64,000 bases of DNA from Bugula neritina (Eukaryota > Animalia > Bryozoa): positions 19,513,700 through 19,577,699 of the forward strand of contig OZ037768.1 of the NCBI GenBank assembly GCA_964035545.1, given 5' to 3'. Positions 12,521 through 23,600 of this stretch are shown here, piece by piece (the stretch's first letter is position 1; each line of letters starts with the position of its first letter). A model generated the notes under the pieces. The model did no database searches and was not told where the DNA came from. It was given only the letters and a program-made list of their open reading frames with translations. The position numbers were made by a program, and so were the translations under genes.

Positions 12521-15500
12521 GACTTACTTACTTACTTACTGACTTACTTACTTACTTACTTACTGACTTACTTACTTAAACTTACGGCATTTCACTCACC
12601 TACATATTGAGCCAAGGTTCTCATAAGTATGCAATGAGATTCTTAACACTCTTCTAAAGCAAGCAACAAACACATAAATTAGGAGCTCTTTGGAATAAAG
12701 AATAGATACATAACTGTGCAGCACTATTACCCCCTGTTCACACATTGCCGTATCGCACGCCATAACGAAAAATATCAGCCATTTTTACAAATGTCTGAAT
12801 TTCCTGTACGGTGCTACGGTACGTTAAGATCAAGCACTGCTTGATTCAAATTAGTTGCGGCGGGTTCCTATTGGACAGAAAAACTTTTGCATCAGCTCAT
12901 TGGATAGAATTGTCCAATGAAATGTCTTATATATTACCTAATAGCGGACTTTGTAGACTTCAGCCCAGACACATTAACGATGGCTGATATTTTACATTAC
13001 GGCGTACGATACGGCAATGTGTGAACAGGGGGTTAGCCTGGCTTTTGGAAACATTATTGGAGAGCAGTTTTGAGCATGAATATTTCAAAGTAATCGAAAA
13101 TAATATAGTTACGCCCTCGCGTACGTGCGTGTGTGTGTGTGTGTTGTGTTCGTTCGCAGTGTGCATATCACTGCATTTCTATAGCTTCACATTATGTGAA
13201 TGGATGCTCGTATGGATAAAATCGTAGTTGCGGTTTGCATGAACTTATAGCTGTGGCTTCATTTGGTGTAACTGTTTCCAGACAGCAAATGGAAAATCCA
13301 ATCATAATCCCAAGCTTGGAAACGCAAAGTAGCCAAAAAGATCTGATTGCTTACTAAAGTTCATAATGGAGGCAACTGAACGAGATAAACCTAAACCTCT
13401 CAACACTACTCTGTTTACTTGAACTAGTAGTTTACATGCTTTTACATTTGATACCAGGCAGCAAATGGAGGAAGCATTCCTTAACATGGAAGATCAGTAG
13501 TTTTCCAGATCACTTGTCCAGCTCTCAAGTGCTGGTTGTCTTTAAAGATGCTTTCAAAACTTGGGCAAACATCACCAACTTATACTTCGAGTTCAGATCG
13601 GCAGGCGTAGTAGATATTGAGGTAGGTATAGCATGTAGATCTTGAATACAGTGCTAAGCGATTTATGAACAGAGACATATAAATGTGTTTGAGTAAATAT
13701 AACATAATAGTATAAAAGTTTCTGCTATTCAAATTAATATGATTTTTCATTACGATATGATTTACTATACATTTGTCAGAATTGCTATCAACTGCATAAA
13801 ATAACCTAAAGTTTGCAAAACTACAACTTTTTGCAAATCCCTGTGTGACTGTTGACGGAGAGTTTTTATGTTGCACAGCTTTGCAAAAAATGCTTTTTCT
13901 TCAAATATGTCAAGTTTACTATAATTGTTAATCTAGATTTTTGTTATGAATTAGGACTTAGACTATTGAATAAGAATTAATTCTTAAGACCACTTTGGAA
14001 AACAAATATTATAATATATATTGAAAGTTCAGGTAATCTTTTGCTGTCATGAGCTAAAGAGTTTTAAACTTTCTGCTGCAACTCTAATAATTTAAATTAA
14101 GGTATACCAGAACATTTCGATGTTTTGCTGAAATAGCTATTTTACAGTAGCTGCCACAAAAGTATCACAAATATATCGCTATAGTAGAAATAATAACTTA
14201 AACTTCGGATGTTGAAAAGCCTTTGAAATTTTGTGCCTTGACGTGCCACTGAGTCTCTGTTGTTATAATCAAGAACACTTCTTTCGGCTGCTAAGAAATC
14301 ATCAGTCACAGATATTTGTAATTGCAAGTCGTCTGCATAACATACATTATTTTCAGCACATATATTTTTAACCTAGCTAATTCTTTTTTATAACTTTTAA
14401 AAACGCCATTACTAAAATTGAACTTTATTTTTTAAATAGCAGCACCCAACAATTTTTAAACAAAAATTTTCTTAAAGTAATGTTTTTTTAACCTTCCATT
14501 GACCTTCCATTAATGTGTGATTATAGATAAAGTTTGTGACGGGAGACCACGGTGATGGTTACAGATTTGACGGGAAAGGTGGTGTGTTGGCTCACGCCTT
14601 CTACCCTCCAGATCCATTCACCAAGACTAGATTATCGTTTGGAGACTTGCACTTGGATGCCAGTGAAACTTGGACACTGAACGCAAACGACGATGGTAAA
14701 ACAGTTTCTTAATATTCATTTAGAGCTCACTATATGGGGCAAAATAGCGACGCCATGCATTAATAAAATATTATCAGCATAATATCATAGGCATCTATTT
14801 GCTGTGAATGTTGAAAAGTATCTAACTGATTCAGTTTCTAGAAAGGATTAGTAAAAGTCACGCTGTGTAGCCTATGTAAGAATATTATTTTGATGAAAAG
14901 ACAACTCCAAAAATTATACTATCGATGTTTGTCAACATGCTATCACCCGGAAGTGAGTGTTTGGACAATAACAGAATAAGCATATGCCTAATAAATGTAT
15001 TCACTAATAAACTGAAAGCATGTAACAGAGTGGCATAATGATAATGTAATTATTCCTTAACTGTCAGGTGAGAATCTATACAACACGGTGCTGCATGAAA
15101 TTGGACACTCCCTTGGGTTGAAACATTCCAATGCACCAGGCTCAGTGATGTGGCCCTGGACTGCTGACTCCACAGCGAGTCAGCATACGACAGCTAAGCT
15201 GAGTAGTGATGACATCCTTGCAGTGCAAAGTCTGTATGGGGAGAAAACTTCAAACAGTAAGCTAATTTTTCGACTAAAAGAAATATATCACGTAAACCTA
15301 CTCAACAAGTTAACGACAGCTACATACAATATCATTGATTATTATTGATTCATTTTGTCTACTACTATTGATATAAAATTATTTTGTGAGTTTTGGTGTT
15401 GCAGGCTACTATGTGCAACTTTTTACAGGCAGCAAAAAATGTCCTACTTTCATATTTATAATAAAAGATTTATATGAAGTTACTTAACGATTTGCCTGCT

Positions 15501-18004
15501 GCATAATTTGTCAAATTCAAATTTTTGTGAATTTGTCAACAACTTAAACAACATCATATACCAGACATACAATATTTAAAGTATATATAGATTCAATATA
15601 TGCATATGAAAGTAATAGTAATAAGATGTATACGTTGCAGTCAAGTTAATAAACAATGATATTAATCTACAAGAATTCATATTGCAGGATATCAAAGGAG
15701 TGAAAATTCTCATTTCCTGTGTAGAATGCACGTAGATGCTTTGCTGACAACTCCAAACAACAAGATATACTCCTTTAATGGTAAATATTATATTATTATA
15801 TCACTTGTTATAATAATATGAATACAACATAGAACTTTAGTGTATACTAAATAACAACTCATTTATATATTATATGTCGACTGCATGTATAATGCGATAC
15901 TCATTATTCTGAAAATTTCCAAAGTTGTATTTAAGGTGGATGAATGAAAACTAATTTTTGAAAATATTGTTTTTAAGCTTGTTTGCTGTTGATTTACAGA
16001 ATAATTAAGTTAATTATTACATGTATATAAATAGATAATAGAATTTTCCTCCTTTTTCACCCATGCTGTTTATACTTTCTTCTCATGTATGCAAGGAGTT
16101 AATACCAGGTCATAGGTTATGTTATACTCCTACAGCAAAGCTTTCACAATGGACATGGTCTTTACCCACTTGAATATCAAACAGAAGCTAGAGAAGTTTA
16201 GTATTCATTCAAAGCACCAATAAAGTGATACATTTCTGCTTTACACCCTCTTCTAGGCGCCACAGTGACGGAGCTGAATTCAACTACACTGGAGCCAGTG
16301 TTTGGTTCCCAGTTAATCAGTGAGGTGTTTCCTGGATTTGAGAGTGATGACGCAGTAGATGCTGCCGTATCTTACAAGGGTTTTTGGTCTGTGGAATCTT
16401 CTTACTTGTTTGCTGGTCACGAGTATTACAGGTGATATTCGTCATTATGTTTATTGTGATAATGTTCTTATATAGGCAACAAGGAGCTCTAGACATTGTA
16501 TTTTAATTTCTATTTGTTTATTGAAAAACTATATAATTATGCAATATCTCTAACTACTTTAAAATAATATATTAATACTATTTGAAAGTCATCATCAAAT
16601 TTTAGTTGATTTCAATACATTGGAATGAAAAATTGGTGGTTAATAAAAGTTTATCATTGCTTAGAGTTAATTAATCTTGAAGAAGTACTTTTTTCTATGT
16701 AGATATTCGCTGAACACTAGTGAAAACCGGATGACCTTGGACATAGGTTACCCAAAAAATATCAGTCTGGGTTGGGGGTTCAACGAGAATCATTTTGACT
16801 CAGTCTACAAGTACAAAGTTGCTAACTCTCTTGTGTTTGTTAAGGGTGAGTAGTCAATCTATATTATCCTCAAACTCATACCTATTTGTTGTTCTATTGC
16901 ATTATATATTCTAAACTCCTGTCAAATAATGAGGGCTATATGTTCAAACAGTCAACTTGCAAAAGCTTATATGCTTATATTTTAGGACTGTAAAAAATAC
17001 TGAAATATCAGATATGCATTCTGATGATAAAAGCATGAATTTTTCAAATACTTTTCTATGTTTTTACATAGGCTTAAAGTATTGGTTGCACACAGGGACT
17101 AACCACGGACCGTATCCGAACTATCCCAGGATGTTTTCCACGTCACAAAATATATATTTCAACTCGTTAGCTGGTTAGTACTATACGTAAAAATACTACA
17201 GTTCCCAGTTATTATAATTCATTACTAAGCTGTATAAATTATTATAACCGTAATATAGTAAATAGTTATTCTAACAGGCATCTGCTATCTTGGTGATTAA
17301 CATTGACATCACCTGTTGTTAAACCTCTGTATCCATGGGTATTAAAAGACATTGATGAGTAAAACCTTAAGTGTATCGATTTTTGTTGAAGTATTTTTAG
17401 TGTCAATTTTGAGGATCATTAAAGTCATTTTATTCATAAACATAAAAGTTGTGAATATTGAAAAAAGTTGTTTTGAATAAATATATACAATGAGTTCCTA
17501 ACACTGAAACAATATAGGACACGTTTACCTTAAGAGAGAGTTGGGTAAAGCCCCAAACCCTGATCTCTATACCTAAGCAGTTTACGCTCACCTCACCCCA
17601 TGGGGAAAAATTTTTTTTTTTAATTTTCACTCATCAAAGTATCAATATCAACATATTATTATATAATTAACAATGTGCAATGATTACTTTGCTTAGGCTG
17701 TGAAGTTGTATGCCCCTGTATCAGTGGGAACCAAGTATAAGTTAAACCATAGTACCAGTCTGACAATGGGCGATTATTATTCATGTTGAAGAGAGCACAA
17801 TACCTAATAAACTACACAGCTCATGTATTTTGCGTTTTCAGGTATAAACTATAGTTTTATTTGATCAAGAATTTTCTTATTTCAGGTATTGATGCAGCTT
17901 TTCTGCATAAAAATGGCACCAACTACTTCCTGTCTGATGAGCACGTGTATCTGCTGCATCACAATGGCGTGAGAGACATGAGGAATCTTCAGCGATTATG
18001 CTAA
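9343..18004 (+). CDS. Secreted matrix metalloproteinase (M10A) with furin site and 4-blade hemopexin domain, ~499 aa
   Basis: Exons 9343-9465, 10011-10137, 11004-11099, 13458-13621, 14527-14695, 15068-15256, 15688-15780, 16257-16431, 16703-16845, 17072-17173, 17886-18004 (total 1500 nt). Features: signal peptide [25 protein letters not shown]; prodomain YLTKYGYL; cysteine switch PRCGVQD; furin site RWRR; [18 protein letters not shown]; zinc motif [11 protein letters not shown]; Met-turn SVMWP; hemopexin blades VDALL/VDAAV/FDSVY/IDAAF; terminal Cys (LQRLC*). The end of the last exon is the least certain part. Confidence 0.9.
10222..10420. mobile_element. Tc1/mariner-type MITE in MMP intron 2
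   Basis: Left end TA|C(-)GTGCTCTCTCTGTATCTCAC; right end GTGAGATATGGAGAGAGCACTG|TA. Imperfect ~22-bp TIRs with TA flanks. Confidence 0.7.
11132..11293. mobile_element. Degenerate short TIR element (MITE) in MMP intron 3
   Basis: TAGGTGCAGTAACGGAGAAATTGAGAAAAGCCT ... AGGCTATCTCAATTTCTCCACTACTGCTCCTA form imperfect ~33-bp inverted repeats. Confidence 0.6.
12038..12580. repeat. 29-bp minisatellite grading into (TACT)n microsatellite
   Basis: About 6 copies of TTACTGTTCTACTTACCTACTTAATTGAC (12038-~12215), then (TACT)n with TACTCAC/TACTGAC variants. Confidence 0.95.
12730..13032. mobile_element. PIF/Harbinger (Tourist)-like MITE, 303 bp
   Basis: ~53-bp TIRs (CCCCCTGTTCACACATTGCCGTATCG.ACGCC.TAA.G.AAAATATCAGCCAT, 4 mismatches) and 3-bp TSD TTA (12727-29, 13033-35). 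Confidence 0.85.
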
Positions 18005-18490
18005 CTTCTTAAACATTTTTGCATATTTATTAAAAAAACTAACTTTGATTTACAATATTTACAGTGTATTGGTAACCAGAGGGTACATAAACTTGTTTAC
18101 TATTTATTCAGCTTAATGCTGGATAGTTATTGATGATAGCTGGAGACAACTACCAATAGTTTCTCCATTAATTATTTGATCAGATTTTAACATATAAGAA
18201 TCCATTGTTAAGATATTATATAGGCTGAAAGCCATGGAACTTGATGATATTTACAATAATCTTATATATGCTAGAATACTAAGCAAGGGCTATCACTACT
18301 TCTAGAATCTAAGGTATGACTTTTAGTGTTTTGTTTATGTTTTATATATAATAAAACTGAATAAGTATAACGAGGAGTTAGTCCTAAAACAATGATATAC
18401 CATTTATAATTCCTGGACTTTCAGTGTACTGGCAAGCATTTGCTTGCATCAGCTTTCATAGAGGTCAAGTGAAAACTCATAGTAGGTCTC

Positions 18491-18845
<355 letters not shown>

Positions 18846-20207
18846 GTATGCTGAGTGTGTGTAAAGAACTACTGGTATATTATGTGGAAGTAGAAGCTAG
18901 CAAAACTTCAGATTGTAATCAATTTCTAAATTTGATGCAGTTGGACAGACCACCTTGCAGGAATAAACTTGCAAGAGTTTAAACCACTCTAGTACTCCTT
19001 CAGCTACTCATACAACTGCTCTACATGCATTCTCCAAATTTCGACGCTCCAGCAAGTTTTCTGTCTAAAATTCATCTGTGGGTTTAATAATTGTGTTTTA
19101 ATATGTATTGATTATTATTATATATCATGTTATTAATGTTTACCGTGTATATAAAATATGCAAAATGAGCACTAAACCAGATATTGGAATTCAACTGCTC
19201 TATCCTGTGTAAAATTTGACCTGAATGTAGCATTTAAATCTGCAAAAAGTAGACCTTTTCCTTCTGGTGGTAGCACAGTAATGATATGAATTTTTACAGC
19301 AGTGCTTCGATCTATTAAGTTTGCATAGTGTGGCATTTTGTGAGATATATACTATTCTAAGACATCTTTTTAACAGCTAAACAGGAATTTATTTTGACAA
19401 AAAATGATGAAAAGTCATATCATTTCATATTCTAAAAGCTTTTTAAATATCATAAAAAGCTATCAAGTTTGCTGTTGCTGTACAATAAAGTATAACCATC
19501 AGAAAATAAACCACAATAGTCGTTATAAAACTTAAAAAATAACAGATAACGAAAATAAAGTAAGCACTAAAGGTGAACATGGCAGCATTAAAGAGGAATA
19601 ATAGAGTCTATATCTTACAATTGACTAGTAGATGCTAGCTTTACTTTGAGATAACTATGAAACTAATCTACGATTAACTGCATAAAGTGGAGATAAATCT
19701 TAATATCAGAGCTGATCACTGTCCATTACTCTAACTCATCTCTATCACAAATGAAGAATATGACCATAGCTATAATACAGTATCCACTACACTATCCTAC
19801 AATCTACATGTATATGCTATATACAACTATGACGCTACTAGTTATTATATAATATGGAAAATGGTAGTAGTGGGATGTGGCCTTATAAGCATAGTCACAA
19901 TTAGCCAACAGCAAGGTATGTGTAAGCATAACACAGTGGAATTAGCTGGTTTAAGTTGCATAAGAAAATCTATGATTGAAGCTTAAACATCATTTGCTAA
20001 GGTCTGTAATGCAAACAACACCAAAACTCGTCATATAAATGAAGTGGAACTGCTATTTGTTGAAGCTGAATGTAGAAAAAACCTGCTATGCCTAACTGTA
20101 ACTCCTATTTCAGATGAACAACATTTCACACTGAATAATCTTCACTAAATGAAACTGAAGTCACTTGAGACTGTTATTGTCAGATACGAAAAGTTGTGCT
20201 TCTGAAG

Positions 20208-20360
20208 AGAATGGTTCTATAAGCAGCTCCGAGTTGGAGGTGAATGAGTGCAGTAGTTTGTAGTTCTTGAGTTTGGAGTTATGTCCCCAACTCGAAACTC
20301 AAGAACCACAAACTGCTGCACTCAGTCACCCCAACTCGGAGCTGTCTATAGGATCATTCT
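20208..20360. mobile_element. Fold-back palindromic repeat element (~72-bp arms)
   Basis: 20208-20280 is the near reverse complement of 20289-20360. A related copy lies at 2468-2579. Confidence 0.75.
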
Positions 20361-20572
20361 TCTGAATAAGCCCTAACGTAGTTTACAGTGAGTTACTGAA
20401 TTACTGATAGCAACTATATCACAAATCAGTTAAAAACGAAAACCAAGTGAATAAAACACATGATATAATAAAATACATGTTAACAACAAAAATATGAAAA
20501 AACATGAAGAAAGATAATAATTTTACAAATTTTACTAGACCAGTTTGCTCTATTGCATCACCTCACAAGGCT

Positions 20573-20659
20573 CTATTTCTTCTTCAGTACTTTGCTAGCA
20601 ATAATGCTACCAATGATGACCACCAGTACCAGTACACATGCTATCATCATTATCTTCTT
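20573..20659 (-). CDS. STX1A: Syntaxin-1 distal alternative transmembrane terminal exon
   Basis: tttgcag|AAG AAG ATA... gives [28 protein letters not shown], phase 0. Confidence 0.85.
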   Translation of the reverse strand, partial: KKIMMIACVLVLVVIIGSIIASKVLKKK

Positions 20660-23600
20660 CTGCAAAACCATCAATACATTTTATATGTAATGACTGCAGA
20701 CTAAAATATTGAGATAGAAAGATGGTAGCAAGTATATAATAGGAAGAACTTGAATTGTTATAAGAATTCAATCTTTAAACTTGATATTAAATTAATCCAA
20801 GAGAAAGGATTCAATAATATGTATGTTTGTAGTAAAAAGACAAGATTGAAGAGATTGTGGAGAAAATCATAGCTTTTGAGTGTAACATGTTAACAGATAT
20901 AGTGGCACAACATATAAACATAGCAACAGCGCACCGAACAGTTAGCACAACATAAACAACACATGTGAAAGATAAAAGTGACATTAGAAAACTTACTAAG
21001 ATCTTCCTTTAGTCCACCGAAAGTAAGTTCACTGAGATACCCACCAATTAAGTGCATGGTTGAATCAATTTAACCGCAGAAGAATTATACATTGTACGTT
21101 ACAAAAAGAATTATTTCCTATATTTTTTTAATGAAGAATAAAGTATATATTAATAGGCTTACAATAACTACTACATTGAGATTGCTAAACACAGCCAGAG
21201 TGATTCTTCAATAACAATTATAGTTCACTATACAACAGGATTAGAGGTGATTGTAAAATAATTATACTATTTGATTTACAATATAAATATTTGGAATAAT
21301 AAATGAAAAAAAATGACTAGTAGAATGGAAATGCAAATGTCGGTTATAGTATGTACACTTATATAATGTATAAATATGTTAACTCAACCAACTAGACACT
21401 ATGTAATAGAACGTTATACAAAATAGACTTAGTTCACTAACCTAGCAACACCTGTAAATTCTGGAAGACACTAGAAACACCACAAACTCATGATTAATAT
21501 AAATATAGAATACAGAAAGGAATTATCTACTCAACATAAGGTATAATTAGTAAAAATTTGGAACAGGTGATTGTTAGCAAAAGCAAATCATGTTAGAGAA
21601 AAATGATGGGAAAATGCAAGACTTGACCGCAGTATAGCTTCTGTTGGGGAGACAATTCTAATTCCAACACCAGTTTCAGATTATAATTGCACGAGAAGAC
21701 ATTTGCTGTTATTTTTGTTCACCTGCTCCCATAGTAACGAGGTCTTACTAAATGCCAAGGTCATTGTATCAGTACTGAATATAAAGCTAATTGACGAGAT
21801 GGCAGTTGAAGCAACCAAACACGGCAGCGACGTTTTCCACTCGGTGTAGCCACTTTGTAAATACAGGAGTTGTCTTATGTAAAAAAAACTCTAAATATAA
21901 TTTTCTTTGCATTGTGATTTAATCGTCAATATAGAACTAAAATAACCCCACTTCACTTTGAACTAGAGCATCTTCCAAAAGAGATAAGTTTTTGGATGGT
22001 TCCACCAATATAATTCGACTAAGGTTACACAGCTGGGAGGATAAACTACAAGTCCTTTTGGTATAGAGGCGATCTTCTGTCCAATGAGAGGTAGTATTTA
22101 CTTTCAGCAGCTCTCCAACAATATGTACAGCTAACTGAACACCTCAAAGACTTGGAGACAGGTTACACAGTTCTACAGCTCTAACACGTATTTTTGCTAC
22201 ACACCGACAACACGATGATCAGTATGATAATAAGTATCAGTGCTGCTACGATACCAGCAATACACAGTTTCTTCTAAAAATGAAAAAAGCAAAATAATAA
22301 TGTGAGAAACGACGGTCAGTGCAAAACCAAAGATATTAACACAACAATAATTGAAATAATAGAGCGTGGACAGAATAGAAAGCAGAAGCTATGATTATGG
22401 TCCTAATATAACACTAGTGCAGCTGTAGAAAACATGGCATTTTATTACAACATTGAGTTAGTGCAGATGTTGGCAGAAACCTAAATATAAGAGAGAAAAT
22501 TCAGATAGATTACGAGGGTAAGTTTGGTGGGTGTAGAGAGAGTATGAGGGTAAGTTTGGTGGGTGTAGAGAGAGTATAAGGGTAAGTTTGGTGGGTGTAG
22601 AGAGAGTATGAGGGTAAGTTTGGTGGGTGTAGAGAGAGTATGAGGGTAAGTTTGGTGAGTGTAGAGAGAGTATGAGGGTAAGTTTGGTGAGTGTAGAGAG
22701 AGTATGAGGGTAAGTTTGGTGAGTGTAGAGAGAGTATGAGGGTAAGTTTGGTGAGTGTAGAGAGAGTATGAGGGTAAGTTTGGTGAGTGTAGAGAGAGTA
22801 TGAGGGTAAGTTTGGTGAGTGTAGAGAGAGTATGAGGGTAAGTTTGGTGGGTGTAGAGAGAGTATGAGGGTAAGTTTGGTGGGTGTAGAGAGAGTATGAG
22901 GGTAAGTATGGTGGGTGTAGAGAGAATGTGAGGGTAAGTTTGGTGGGTGTAGAGAGAGTATGAGGGTAAGTTTGGTGAGTGTAGAGAGAATATGAGGGCA
23001 AGTATGGTGGGTGTAGAGAGAGTATGAGAGTAAGTTTGGTGGGTGTAGAGAGAACCCCTGCTTCACTTCACATGACTCACCCTTCTAGCGGCGCTCTGAT
23101 ACTTCAAGGCCTTCTTAGTGTCAGCAGTAGCTGTCTTCACATAATCCACTGATTGGTTGACATTAAACTCTACTCTGTCAATCATCTCTCCCTGAAGTTT
23201 TTGATAACTTATTATACCAGAGCTGCATATTACTATACACTCATAATGACATACACTGAGACCCTCAACTTATAACTCGTCACTGGAACCTGTATCACAG
23301 GCTAAGCATAACTGTGAATGAAATAATCTTCCGACAAGCTACTGGCTGACTGTCTTCATTAACTTAACTTTCAGTGATTTTCTATTTCCAGCGAATATGA
23401 GGGTTTATTAAGCTGGCTTTAAAGTTCAAAGTTGAAACTTTCAAACCATCTCAGTTACTAGACTTGGAATCAGGTAAATTCATTGAATCGACTGCCCTAT
23501 TTCAAAAGTGACTGCTCCTCCCATAAAAAGGCTGGAAAAATTGTATATAGCTGCCAGCACACGGGTACACACAGTTACTAATGCTGATTATGGCTTATCT

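Noticed and set aside
17697-17789. Candidate alternative MMP last exon AVKLYAP...MGDYYSC*
   Set aside because: Needs a phase-0 upstream donor, but the preceding exon ends in phase 1. It also lies upstream of the fourth-blade exon.
21593-22077. Possible extra syntaxin terminal exons ([15 protein letters not shown]; KIASIPKG...)
   Set aside because: Plausible AG|AAG acceptors, but no full transmembrane helix or KK start. Not distinguishable from chance without cDNA.
22458-23066. 202-aa and 163-aa repetitive ORFs
   Set aside because: Products of the 32-bp minisatellite inside a syntaxin intron.
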